DNA of 64,000 bases. Origin: Xylographa opegraphella. Lineage: Eukaryota. The notes beneath the pieces were generated by a model. It did not search any database. It was given only the letters and a program-made list of their open reading frames with translations, and was not told where the DNA came from. Each line of letters opens with the position of its first letter. Positions within the stretch are counted from its first letter, which is position 1. The stretch spans positions 124,001 through 188,000 of the forward strand of contig JALDZX010000041.1 of the NCBI GenBank assembly GCA_022813865.1, read 5' to 3'. The translations under genes were made by a program, and so were the position numbers. Below, piece by piece: positions 12,477-25,260 of this stretch.

Positions 12477-14218
12477 ATGCCTGTATCCACAACTTCTAGA
12501 TATACTGCCTCGCGTCTTTCGTTTCTTGCAGTGCTATTCATAACAGTATGCTGGCTGTCATACTCGTTGTCGTCGAGGCCCCAACCAAAAAATACTGGGC
12601 TCCGCAACCCGGACGTCCATGTCGTTTGTAACACTTCTGCCACTCCTCCGGTGAAGCGTATTGCCATTATTGGTAGCCTACAATTTTATTTATGGAACGA
12701 ATATTGCAATAACTGACGTTTGGAATAGGTGCCGGATCTGCAGGTGCCTCCACAGCCTACTATATCAACCGTTTCCGCTCCCCATGCCAGCCCACGAATA
12801 TCACCGTCTACGAGGCATCCGACTACGTCGGAGGCCGCTCGACCACAGTAAACGTGTATGATGATCCGGCAGAGCCGGTCGAGCTAGGCGCTTCCATCTT
12901 TGTGCAAGTCAACAGAAACCTCGTTTCAGCAGCCAAGGAGTTTGGCCTTGTGACGACCCGCAACGCGAATGGACGGCCCAAGGATTCTCCAGATATGCTG
13001 GGCGTCTGGGACGGGGAGGTTTTCAAGTTCGTGCAAAACGAAGGTGGCTTCCAGTGGTGGAACATCGCCAAGCTGCTCTGGAAGTACGGGCTCGCGCCAG
13101 TGCGGACCCAGCGGTTGATGCAGACAGTGGTTGGTAATTTCACCAAGATGTACGACGCCCCAAATTTCCCATTCAGCTCTCTGTCACAGACCGCCTACGA
13201 CCTGGGCCTGACAGCCGTGACGTCCGAGACGGGCTATGATTTCCTGACCGCGAAAGGTGTCAAGCCGCCCTTCTCCACCGACATTATCCAGGCCAGCACG
13301 CGGGTCAACTACGCCCAGAATCTGGGCGAGATCAATGGCCTCCTGGCCCTGGTATGCATGTCCACCGATGGCGCCATGGCCGTGCAGGGCGGAAACTGGC
13401 AGATCTTCGATGGTATGCTGCGAGCCTCGGGCGCGAATCTGCGGCTCAACACGCGGGTCTCCGCGATCACGGACCAAGAGGACGGAACGTACCTCGTCAG
13501 CTCCAGCTCCAGCGCTACCTCGCTCTTACACCCAGAGACAGAAACAGACCCAACCCCCCAATCAGTCTCCACCTACGACGAAGTCGTTCTCGCTGCCCCC
13601 TTCCAATTCGCCCACCTCAAGCTCCCATCCTCCCTCCCCCATCCCCCGGACACAATCCCCTACGTCCGCCTGCACGTCACGCTGTTTGCGTCCCCGCACC
13701 GCCTCTCGCCCCTCGCATTCGATCTTTCCCCTTCCGTTCCCCCCCCAGCAGTCATCCTGACCACTCTCCCCCACACCGCCTACATCAGCGACCCACACGC
13801 GCGCGCCCCTGCTGGCTTCTTCAGCATCAGCACCCTCCGCACGCTATCCAACCCCCTCTCCCCCACCGGCCCACGCACCGAATACCTCTACAAGATCTTC
13901 TCGCCGCAGCCCCTGAACGCCACGTTCGTGGGCGAGCTACTGGGGTTCGCGACACGGGCGGACTCGCTGCAGGGGATCGCGACGCAGGATGTCAGCTGGC
14001 TGCACGAGAAGGTGTGGGATTCGTATCCGTACCTGCCGCCGAGGGTGACGTTCGAGGAGCCCGAGCTAGCGCGGGGGTTGTGGTATACGAGTGGGGTGGA
14101 GGCGTTCATCTCGACAATGGAGACGAGTTCGCTGATGGGAATGAATGTCGCGCGGTTGATGGTGGATGGGTGGGAAGGGGAAGGGAAGGCGGAGGTGGAG
14201 GATCATGGGGAGTTGTAG
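12477..14218 (+). CDS. Prenylcysteine oxidase/lyase
   Basis: N-terminal hydrophobic segment, then IAII|GAGSAG FAD motif across intron 12673-12728, VELGASIFV, STRVNYAQN, FISTMETSSLMG. Ends in HGEL (HDEL-like). Confidence 0.9.
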
Positions 14219-14435
14219 GAAGGGGAAGGGGATGGGGAGGTATTTGAGTGAGTAGCGTCTGCTGCGTAAGGTAGCTGAGCGTTAAATAGCGCCAGGTGAG
14301 TCTCTCACAAGGACGGAACTATTTGAACTATGTAATATCCTAGATACGGTACAGGCAATCCTCAGAAAGCTGAACTGATACGCCAATATGCACAGATCCA
14401 CGGTACATGTACACGCCACGAGCTTTTACCCTTGA

Positions 14436-16135
14436 TCACAACATAGGCTTTAGATCGTCCGCCACCTGGAACGGGGCTTCCGTCTTGGCCTTCACCTCGT
14501 CCACCGTAACGCCGTCCGCGATCTCGATCAACGTCAGCCCGTTGGTGAAATCCACATCGAAGACGCACTACCTCTAGTCAGCGATATTTTCAGGCAGCGG
14601 ATAAATAGCGACGGCTTACCAGTTCCGTAATGATGCGGCTAACGCACGCCTTGCCGGTCAGCGGGAATTCGCACTGCTTCAGGATCTTAGGCCGGCCTTT
14701 CTTGTCGGTGTGCTCCATCGTGACGACGACCTTGGTCATGGCCGGGTTGGAGACGAGGTCCATGGCGCCGCCGAAGCCCTTGATCTTGCCGGGAAGCATC
14801 CCTTGTGTATCGTTAGTGAATGGAAACATGGGTTTGAAGGGGAAGGTGGAGACTCAACAGTTCGCGAGGTCGCCTTTGGCGCTGACTTGCATGGCGCCGA
14901 GGATGGTGAGGTTGATCCTGCCGGCGCGGATCATGCCGAAGCTTTCGTCGCTGCCGAAGCAGGATGCGCCCTTGAGCAGAGTGACGGTCTCCTTTCCGGC
15001 GTTGATGAGGTCCGGGTCTTCTGCTCCCTTCTTCGGGTATGGACCTAAGCCGAGGATGCCGTTTTCGGATTGTAGTTGCACCTCGACGGACGGGTCTACG
15101 AATGAGGGAGCCAGCATAGGCATGCCGATGCCGAGGTTAGCGTACATCCCGTTCTTGAACTCCTTTGCCGCTCGGCGCACGATGCGCTCCCGCTTGCTTG
15201 CTGTGTCTCCTTTGCCCAGGGCAGACATGTCTGCGCCCTCTTCCTTGCTGAAGGTGTATTTCTCAATCTTCTTTTCGGTTTCGCTTTGGATGACTTTCTT
15301 CACGTAGATTCCAGGCAAGTGCACCGCAGCAGGGTCTATGTCACCCGGTTCGACGATGTGCTCTGCTTCCACAATAGTCGTCTTTGCATTACGACCCATT
15401 GCGCCATTGAAGTTGGCAGCCGCGAATCGGAATTGGCAATTGCCCAGCCGGTCCGCTTTCCACGCCTTGACAAATGCATAGTCGCCCTTGATCGCTTCTT
15501 CCATTATGTAGCTCTTCCCGTCAAACACCTTGACGTCTTTCGGCTTGCTGTACTGGTTGACAGTTCCATCGCTGTTATGCCGCAACGGGAGCTCTCCGGT
15601 CTGAACCACAGTACCGAAAGCGGCCGGCGTATAGAAAGCAGGAATACCCGCTCCTCCAGCCCTGCATCTCTCGGCGAGCGTGCCTTGGGGCGTCAATTCC
15701 AGCTCGATATCGCCATTGAGGTACATGCGTTCAAAGACCTTATTCTCGCCCACGTAGCTGGCTATCATTTTGCGGATCTGCTTCGAGGCGAGGAGAAGGC
15801 CGAGGCCAGAACCCTCGATGCCGGCATTGTTGGAGACGGCTGTCAGACCTGTGATGGAGGGCATGGCATGGACGGAATTTATGAGGGTGTCGGGAACGCC
15901 GCACAGACCGAAGCCACCGGCAAGGAGCGTGGAGTTGGACTGCATGTCTGCGATGGCTTCCTGGGCGGACGGGAGCACCTTGTTGATGGCATGACGGCGA
16001 TGGGAGGAAGAGAATGTCCTCAAGGACACTTGAAGGGTCTATACAAGAAGTCAGCCTGGAGTATCTCAGCTGCGGCCAATGTTGCCCTACGAGTCGTGGT
16101 ATCGAGGAGACACGCGATGATGGTCTGAGGTACAT
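14436..16135 (-). CDS. Succinyl-CoA:3-ketoacid CoA transferase (SCOT), mitochondrial
   Basis: Arg/Ser-rich presequence [15 protein letters not shown]|, [30 protein letters not shown] (catalytic Glu), [15 protein letters not shown]. Last exon ends DDLKPML*. Confidence 0.95.
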
Positions 16136-17039
16136 GGCTACGAACGAACTGCTGCCCTCGCCAATGGTGCTAAGGAACCCAGTACGATTTCATGCAACGA
16201 GCATTGCTAGAGTTGAAGCCAGGACGACACACGCCTGTATATTGTAGCAGTTGGACGGTATGCAGCAGAGAACGCTCCGATGTCAAGAATGCCATCGTAA
16301 CGGTCCTCTAGCCCATGGCACGGCTGCGGTTTGTGGAGAAATCCCGGGCGCGATCGGGCTCCAGCCCGGCAGTCGGTTTTAGCAGCCGGGCCGGAAAAAC
16401 TCTGGATACAGGTTACACACGAAGCACGTTATATGCTCCGTATGCTTGATATTGTAAAGACGGTCCATGGATTACGATAAAGCTATTGCTATCAGTATCT
16501 CAGCAGCGACGCGGCTTTCCAGCATGCAGCTGTGGGGCGGGTGTTTCGACCCTGTCGCCATGTAACCCAATGACCGTCTGCCTAACTCCGTCTTGCGAAT
16601 CTTTTACGAGCCATCCAATAAGCATGCGCCAATGGCCCGACCAGAATAGCTCTATGGCTATCTTTCATGCCCCAGATATCTTTTGAAGCAGTATCCAGCA
16701 TTGGTGAAGCGGTGCATTCAACATAAGGTGGAGACTCTTGCTGAATGGCTATTGGCTCGTTCGTGTGAATAGTTCCAGCATGGACATTGTGAAACGGACT
16801 ATATATCTTTTGGAAGCGATGAAAGAATATTAGATGAGTATAGGCTATGCATTTGAAATACTAATTCCTTTTCAATTATATTTAAACTTGACAGTCGCCT
16901 GACTTTACATTGCGGTTCATTCTTTTCACTGATTTCTGGATTGCTTCCTGAGTCAACCACTTTTCGTTGCACTCTCTAGTTTTCATTTCAGCCAGTCTTT
17001 TGCTTCAGCATACATACTGAGTCTATCTATACCGCGACC

Positions 17040-18502
17040 ATGTATAGAATTCACCTGAAGCTTTGCTTCTCTATGCTTGTCTTCTATATCAGTGCTGCCT
17101 CGGTAGCAATCAATCCCGCTACCACTACGACCCCTTCATTACAACCACCAGTCTCAATTATCTCGATAGCCCCCATCACTATACCACCAGTCACTCTCAC
17201 ACCCGTTTCAATCCCGCCAGTCTCAATCCCCATCATCACACCCGTCTCCCTCGACCTCCACCTTCCTAGCCCAACCTGCATCCAAACAATCACCCCTGAC
17301 GCCAACGGCTACGTCCCACCAGGATCATGCAATGCCCTCTACAAATTCTACCCATCCTTCGCCACTGCCGTTATCTTTTCCATCCTTTTCGGCGCCGTCA
17401 CCCTCCTACACATCGGCCAAGCCGCGGCACATAAGAAGCCTTTCTGCTGGGTAATCATCATGGGTGGGCTCTGGGAAACCGGGTCCTTCATCACCCGCAC
17501 TCTCAGCACCCGCGCCCAGCAAGAAACAGGCCTAGCGCTAACCTCCGAGCTGCTCGTGCTGCTCGCGCCGCTATGGATCAACGCCTTCGACTACATGGTC
17601 CTCGGGCGTATGATCCACTTCTTCCTGCCGACGCACTCCCTTCTAGGTATCGGCGCCTCCACATTGGCACTGTACTTCGTCTGCCTTGACATCGTCTCGT
17701 TCGTGATCCAGCTCGTGGGCGGCGCCATAGGAGGAACTGGGGCACCTCCGGAGCAGATCCTGAAGGGCGTGCATATCTACATGGGAGGTATCGGGCTGCA
17801 GGAGTTCTCCATCATGGTCTTCCTCGCGCTGGCTATCAAGTTCCACATGCGGATGCGGGGGATGGAAGGAAGGGGAGAGCTAGTCGGCACCAAGAAGGGC
17901 CGATGGCGATGGCTGTTGTTCACGCTATACCCGAGTCTGGCACTGATTTCTGTGAGTGGGCTCTTGGTTTCACAAGGGTACTTTCATGATTTCCATGCCC
18001 ATCTCTTCAGGGGCTCTACAGGCTCCACGACACTCCCTACTCCTCCATACCCTATCCTCATCAACTGATACCAACCCCCCAATTGCTGCTTCACTAACCA
18101 TTCCCTCCTCCCCAGCTCCGCAGCTTCTTCCGCCTCATCGAATTCTCCGCCGGCACCAGCTCCTCTAATCCGCTTCCCTACCACGAGATCTACTTCTACG
18201 CCTTCGATGCTGTGCCGATGTTGCTTGCTCTCGTGACTATGAATGTCGTTCATCCGGGCCGCGTGTTGGTGGGGCCTGGTTCGGAACTCCCGCGGATGCG
18301 TTGGAGGAGGACGAGGGTGGGGAAGGGCAGGGAGATGGGTGCGGGTGAGTATGATGACGAGAAGGAGTTTCGGGAGGATGTGGTGAAGGGTAGGGAGATG
18401 GGGGTGTATGATGATGAGAAGGAGGTCCGGGAGGTTGTGGTGATGGGCAGGCAGATGAGAGCGTATGAAGACGAGAAAGAACCCCTGGGGAGTACGGTGT
18501 AG
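17040..18502 (+). CDS. RTA1-family 7-TM protein with signal peptide and Pro/Thr-rich N-terminal extension
   Basis: YKFYPS...HIGQA, LLAPLWINAFDYMVLGRMI, LDIVSFVIQLVGG, then across intron 17952-18115 LRSFFRLIEF, HEIYFYAFDAVPM, NVVHPG. Confidence 0.88.
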
Positions 18503-18762
18503 GGAATGGCAATTTGTGTATGTTGCAACTTATAAGTGGAACGATAGCAGTATGGGGAAACAGAGGTTTTTTCACCCAGGCACCATGAATCTACAATATA
18601 ACCTTACAAAATGGCACTTGCAATAATGCACCTTGTGGGAAGCATGCTATTTAGGCTTAAATATGATGAGGCCTCTAGATTCTAACATCTCGTACTCGTT
18701 CAGTGCTATCCATTATGCAGGCAGGTTGATAAACAGCCGGCTAGTGTACACCTCCATCTCGC

Positions 18763-19521
18763 TCAGTGCTCACGCTCAGCCGAGATGGCGAGCTTCGACA
18801 ATGCGAGCGACATCTGCGGAGCAGGTACTCTGGTACGAGGCGAGTACGGCTTGAAACCACTAGAGCTAGGCCAGTAAGTGGCACTCCTCTTAGTCTTCGA
18901 GATCCCATCGACCGTTTCAATCCTGGCATCACACTCACTGATCGCACCTCGTGGGGTCACTGGTAATATGTCTCGAAGATTCTTCACAAGATCCAATAGG
19001 ATGTCCGGGAGCTTGAGCAGTGCAGTCGTCAGCACCGTTTCCCGAACCAGGTATTGATCACCGGTGTTCCCCAGCTTGACCAAAAGCCTCTCGAAGTCCC
19101 CCGTGAAAGTGGCCCAGTACCATGCCGTGACGTCCGTGCTACCCATCTTCTGGGACGCGGTGGCCCGGTCGCGGCTGATGGCAGTGAACACAGGCCGGAT
19201 GCGGTCGGAATGAACCATTCTGGGACTGGCTATTGGACCGAGTGTCATAGCGTAGCCGTTCAGTGAGACGTTGTTGCCGATCATCTCGGAGATTACACGT
19301 CTGGCTGTGTCTTCACTGTTCTCGAGGATATATCCAGCATTGGCTGGGTCTTCAGATTCATTTGACTGTACCCAAGCACAGTTGCTGACGGGAAGTCTCC
19401 ACTCTTTCGACCTTTCGTCGACGAGGACGACAATTTTCTGGAAATCCTCTGACAGGCAGATGACGCCACTCTCCAAGATGCTGCCTTTGATATCGGCGGA
19501 TATGTGGAGGTCGGATATCAT
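18763..19521 (-). CDS. Hypothetical protein, degenerate Nudix-fold-like
   Basis: Open for about 250 codons from ATG 19521 (start uncertain). Segments ESGVICL / KIVVLV / EWRLP / ENSEDTARRVISEMIG / WYWATF follow the order of fungal Nudix proteins. Confidence 0.5.
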   Translation of the reverse strand: MISDLHISADIKGSILESGVICLSEDFQKIVVLVDERSKEWRLPVSNCAWVQSNESEDPANAGYILENSEDTARRVISEMIGNNVSLNGYAMTLGPIASPRMVHSDRIRPVFTAISRDRATASQKMGSTDVTAWYWATFTGDFERLLVKLGNTGDQYLVRETVLTTALLKLPDILLDLVKNLRDILPVTPRGAISECDARIETVDGISKTKRSATYWPSSSGFKPYSPRTRVPAPQMSLALSKLAISAEREH

Positions 19522-20322
19522 GCTTTTTGATTTTATTAGTATTTTGTCAAAGGCGAAAAGTAATCCACAACTGGTAGGGAGGTAATCAACGTATTGGTAT
19601 ATGATTGATATTACGGGTGGCCCTATTCTCTCGTTCAAACTCAGGAATACATACACTAAAATGTAAGGCAGAACTTAATCGAATGCTAATTTGGAACTGT
19701 CTGTAAGTTCCACGCAGTATTTCTAGTAGTTTTAGGGAATGGTTGGAGTCAATGAAAATGTTAGTGATTGTAGAATAGCTGAGGGTGTTGAATAGTTTGA
19801 AATGTTCTTTGAGTCTGTGGTGGATTTGGTGGGCAAGGCTGTCCTAAATAGTAAATAAATCATTGGCATGAAAATGTATCCCTTCGGTCCTCGTAAGGCC
19901 AGCAGTGACATGCATGTCGCCGGGAACATGAATAAATGCCTCTCACAGTGAAGAAAGCGCAGATCACGCATACGGGCAGAAGTAAGACACCATTGAAAGG
20001 GTAGTAATCTAAACTATGGTAAAGCCCAGTGACATTCCGCAGGCTTTCCTTGATAAGGCTCCAGTGAATATAATCGAGTTGTAAGTAAGATCAGCATTCA
20101 ACGCTCTTAGCCCCATTCAACCCTCACTTACATTTGGAATCATACTAAATCCGCCGACCTGCGCCAGACTCGAACCCAACTTTGTCCACCCAGCTTCTGC
20201 CACGACATATCGTCCCCACATCGGACCTACCAAAGGCACAGCCGCCGCATGCGATTAACTAAACTGTAAGCCTGCGTGTACGCTGGCTTCTGTCAATTCT
20301 CGGCTCTAATCACGCGGGTAGC

Positions 20323-20545
20323 TGCTGTAGTCATTGGCGGAATCATGGGCGTCAAGCCCAACCCACTGAGAGTAAGAAGTGTCCACAGCAGTACCGCTTG
20401 CCCTATCGAATCAAGTGTCCCAGTATCAATAATCCAACCATGTTTTTCCGGCCAGAGCACCGGCGTAGGGTGCAACGAGGGTCGGGAACACGAAGACCAG
20501 GAGATTAATCCCGGTCCCGGTAGACATCCGGCGGAATGGCAGTCC
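20323..20545 (-). ncRNA. Candidate intronic H/ACA-type snoRNA in a non-coding host transcript
   Basis: Lies inside a putative intron 20603-20272 (AAG|GTACAT ... AATTGAC ... ACGCAG). Hairpin, then AAAACA (ANANNA, 20446-20441), second hairpin, then ACA (20328-20326). Several stems pair only on the minus strand through G-U. Contains TGATTCCGCCAA, antisense to LSU rRNA UUGGCGGAAUCA. Confidence 0.55.
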
Positions 20546-20880
20546 ACAGAAGATAAGAAGGGCAAATCGAAGGTGGTACGAAAGAGGGGATCAGCCGATG
20601 TACCTTAGGAACAGTTGAGCACTCGTGAAGATGAGTAAAGCGATCGTTGGCGGTAGTTTGTCTTCGTTCCAGTCGCTTGTGTGTCTGCTTTTCAAATAGA
20701 GGATGTAAAACTTTCGTTGAGCATTGGACGCTCATTGAAAGCTGATGAGACAGCGGAAAATACTGTGGCTAGCAGCGCCCGCTTTTTCTTCGTATCTTGT
20801 CTAGATAGCTTACCCGGGAATGAGATTGACTGTTCACAATCTCGGTCAACCTTCGAAATCCGTCGTAATCCTCCACCAAC

Positions 20881-23057
20881 ATGCCCAAGGAAAATAAAAA
20901 GCGTGGAAGGCGCGAAGAAAAGAAACGTAAGCGGGACGAGTATGAGATCAATCAGGAGGAATCTCCCAAACGGCAGAGATCCGAGGAAAAAGTAGGCGAC
21001 AATGTGGAAATTATTTTGGATGTCGATCCATCTTCAAATTATCAAGAATCAGCCCCTGCCCCGCTCCCAGAGGATACTCCGTTCTATGGTCTGCTGGACG
21101 AGGAAGAGCAGACCTACTTCAAGCGCGCCGATAGCCTCCTTGAGTTGAATCAATTCGCTGATGACGAAGAGCGGAATTTGTTCCTCGCAAATGTTTACCG
21201 TGAAGCTGGCGGGAAGGAGTTGAAAGTCGTCTGTAGCCAGTCATGCTCAAGATTAGTGGAGCGCCTCATACGATTGTCGACGGCCGAACAACTCAAGTCT
21301 TTATTCCAGAAACTTACGGGACAGTGGGTTACTCACTGCTGCTGGTTCACTAGGTGTGGTAGCTGATGATTCTTAGCTTTCTTCACCTTGTGCAACACAG
21401 ATTTGCATCACATTGCTGCGAAGCTCTCTTCATACAAGCCGCACCAATTGTGACACAAGAGTTAATTGCCCCAATCGCAGAAAGCAAAGAACTCGTAGAT
21501 GATGGACGTATTAGTATATCCATGGAAGACCTCTTCCTGTCAGTGGTCAAAGAACTTGAAGGGAACTTAGGATACCTGATGACAGATAATTTTGCATCAC
21601 ATACACTCCGACTCTTGCTTATCGTATTGTCGGGACAGCCGCTTAGGAGTACAGCTACAACGTCCTTGTTGCGAAGTAAGAAGAAAGAGAAAATTGATAT
21701 CACGGGACGAAGGAGCGAGTCAAAAGACGAAGACATGGCATATCGGACAGTGCCGGGATCGTTCCAAGTCGCCTTGGACGAGATGATCTTGGGTACCGTT
21801 GCTGGACTGGACACTACCTACTTACGAGCATTGGCAACACATCCTACAGGCAATCCAGTGTTGCAGCTCCTTGTAGAGCTAGAGTTCTCGAGATCAGGCA
21901 AATCCAAGGCTCGCGAAGAGAATTCCTTGTTTAAGAGGCTACTCCCTGATGACCCTCCAGTGGAAGGCACCCAAAGCGCTTCATTTGTCAAAGGGCTACT
22001 CTATGATCCTGTTGGTTCTCGCCTCTTAGAGACTATTGTGCAATACGCCCCAGGGAAAGTATTCAAGACCTTATATAAATCGTTGTTCCGTGATAGTATT
22101 GGTAATCTTGCTCGGAACGACATTGCTGGATTTGTTGTTGGCCGAATATTAGAAAGACTAAGCCATGACGATCTCCAATACGCAGTCGGACAGATTTGCC
22201 AACAAGCCCCTTCGCTTCTAGAGCGACAGAGGACCTCTGTTATCAAAACGATGATAGAAAGGTGCCGAGTTCGAGAGGTTGACATGCAGGTAATTGCAGA
22301 TACCATCACGACGGCATACGGAGGATATGGACCGAGTATGCTAGTAAACATGGTACATCTTAGCAAGGATGATACTCAAGCTATGGATCCTGAGCGAAAG
22401 TTGCAACTTGAAGTCCAAGATTCTGGAAAACTACATGGATCGCTTCTGGCACAAACCATGGTGGCCGCAACCGGACCACTGCGGGACCTGATCTGTCAGA
22501 GTATTATTGCTATGGACACCTCAACTCTACTACTTATGGCTAAAGACCGCACTGCGACACACGTCCTGCAAGCTGCCCTTACTTGTGAAGGACAGACCAC
22601 GGCATTCCGCCGCAAAATAATACAACAGTTTTACGGACATATGCCCGAGCTAGCACTCGATACTGTTGCGTCCCACGTTGTGGACGCATTCTGGACAGGT
22701 ACAGAAGATCTTTTGTTCGTTCGTGAGCGGATTGCAGAAGTTTTGCTGCAAAACGAAGCAGCTCTGCGAGAATCATACTCTGGTAGAGCTGTTTGGCGAA
22801 ACTGGATGATGGACCTTTACAAGAGAAGGAGGGTTGACTGGATTTTGAAAGCCAAGGGTAGCCAGGATGCGGAAGGAGCTTTTGCGAATCCTAAGCCTCG
22901 AGATGGAACAACGGCGAAAAGCGGTATTGAGCTGGCCAGGGCACGATTTGCAGCCACAAAAGCAGGTAAGGCAACGAGAGGACGTCCAAGGATTGGTACA
23001 GGTGCAAACGGCGTGCTGCCTTCGGGGCGTTCAGGCGGACTTAGCGCCAAAGTTTAG
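20881..23057 (+). CDS. NOP9: Nucleolar protein 9 (Pumilio-repeat 40S biogenesis factor)
   Basis: [40 protein letters not shown], then across intron 21324-21376 [35 protein letters not shown]. Confidence 0.94.
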
Positions 23058-23265
23058 GTGCTGCAAAGCTCCCCAAGTTCCAGAGTGGCGGACACTAATG
23101 CAAGTCAAAACGTCAGCGTCATAAATTTCGTCGACAAAAGAAAATGTGACGACTTCAATTTCCGTATGTCGCTTTGTGTCTGTCATTGCTGCTGATATCG
23201 CTTGGATACCCTGTATAAATGTGACTGTCTATATTGTATGACTGTATTAGATTTTCTCTTCCATA

Positions 23266-24921
23266 ATGTCGCCCAGTGATGCACCATTGCCTGACAGGTC
23301 CGCCAAGAAGTCATCGACGCCAAGCCGTGCGGACGAGGTTTCCAGCGTGAGTTTGCACAGACTACGGCCCTAAAGCCCACATGGTTGTATATATAAGTTA
23401 GGTAACTGACTTACTTAGCTTCTCAATGCTGTCCAAGAACTCTTTATTCCGTATATAAGGGCGGCCGATGAAGATGCCGGCACGAAGCATTCCGGACATG
23501 GTCTCTCAATGAAAGGGGGTGGCCCCAGAACTGCACTTGTCGAGCATCACAAGCCCCAAAAGCTAGAACAGCTGCTGGACTTCCAACTTCCAGACACCGG
23601 CAAAGGCCAAGAGGGCTTGCTGAAGTCGGTCCAGGATGTCCTGCAGTACTCCGTCAATACGTGGGACCAAGGCTTCCTGGACAAATTATACGCCTCCACG
23701 GACGCCGCTGGTGTAGCGTCGGAGCTCATTCTCGCTGTTCTGAACACCAACGTCCATGTGTATCAAGTGTCTCCTGCGTTGACCATCATCGAGAAAACTA
23801 CCAGCAAGGCACTTGCTAATCTCTTCGGCCTTTCGGGACCCCATGCTGGCGGCATATCTGTGCAAGGTGGGTCAGCCTCAAACACTACTTCCATCGTCGT
23901 CGCGCGGAATACTCTGTATCCTGACACTAAAGAGCACGGCAACTTCACCTCCGGCCGAAAACTCGTCCTCTTTACCAGCTCCCACGGCCACTACAGCATC
24001 GAGAAAGCGGCGCAGATGCTCGGTTTCGGTAGCGCCGCTGTCCGCTCAATAGCTGTCGACCCCGAAGGCCGTATGATAGCGTCAGCACTGGCTTCTGAGA
24101 TCGAAAAAGCCAAAACCGAAGGCTATACCCCGTTCTACGTCAACGCCACAGGCGGGACCACGGTTCTCGGCTCCTACGACCCTTTCGCCGAACTGGCACC
24201 CATCTGTAAGGCGCACAACCTCTGGCTGCATATCGATGCCTCGTGGGGTGGTCCGGCCATCTTCTCGCCCAAACACGCCCACCGCCTCGCCGGCTCCCAC
24301 CTCGCCGACTCGATCGCCATCAACCCCCACAAGATGATGGGCGTGCCAATCACGTGCTCATTTCTCCTCGGGGCGGACATGCGCGCCTTCCGCAAAGCGA
24401 ACACCCTTCCTGCCGACTACCTCTTCCACACCGCCGAAAGCACAGCCCCGAACACAGAGATCTACGACCTCGCGGACCTGACTCTTCAATGCGGCCGCCG
24501 CGGCGACGCGCTCAAGCTCGCGCTCGGCTGGATCTTCTACGGCAAGGCGGGCTACGCGCTGCAGATCGAGCAGGCCTTCGACACGGCCGCGTACCTGGCG
24601 CAGCGGATCGCCGAGCACCCGAACCTCAAGCTCGTGAGTCAGAACCCGCCACCGTGTTTGCAGGTATGCTTTTACTATGCGCCTAAGGGTATGCTGTGTC
24701 CGGAGGCGGAGGGCAATACGAAGGCCACGAGAGACATTGCGGGGAGGTTGGTGCGGGAGGGCTTTATGATTGATTATGCGCCCGGGGAGGAGGGTATGTT
24801 TTTCCGGGTGGTGGTGAATCGGGAGACGAGACGGGGGACGGTGGATGGGTTGTTGAAGGCGGTGGAGGAGGCGGGGAGGGAGGGCGTGGAGAGGGTGCAT
24901 CCGGATGTGGAGGTCGAGTAA
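23266..24921 (+). CDS. Group II PLP-dependent decarboxylase (glutamate / cysteine-sulfinate / aspartate decarboxylase type)
   Basis: Exon 1 MSPSDA...RADEVSS, intron 23347-23418, then GFLDKLY, LNTNVHVYQVSP, HYSIEKAA, GTTVLGSYDP, WLHIDASWGG, NPHKMM (PLP Lys), LQCGRRGD. Confidence 0.9.
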
Positions 24922-25260
24922 GCTGAGGTGTGGTGCAGATGTGGATGTGGATAGCGACGGCGATTTGAGAGGGTGCCTCATTTCGGTGGAAAATGGGTTG
25001 GATAGATATCTGCACTATACTACCAAAAGTTCGTGAAGCGGCTTTGGATGATCGAGCTTTCACCCCTGTAGCCTCTAAATCAGCATACGTTCTTCTCGAA
25101 GAAAAGCATCATTTGTCTGATCGCGTTCACAGCGATAAAAGCCAAAAAGCCTCGAGTAATGGAGCCGCGGCATGAATAAGCGACAGGCGGCTAAATAATC
25201 GCCAACACCTGGGCTCGAACTGCGACCCAAAAAATCATGAACGCCAGTAGCTGGACGCAA

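Noticed and set aside
13257..15307. Long alternative-frame and antisense ORFs over GC-rich genes (also over GRC3, the decarboxylase and SPT10)
   Set aside because: Shadow ORFs expected from high GC3 and stop-codon depletion.
20360..20545. U3-like fragments on the + strand (AGAGTAAGAAG, AATGGCAGTC)
   Set aside because: No box A, C' or C, and no terminal CTGA. Stems favour the opposite strand.
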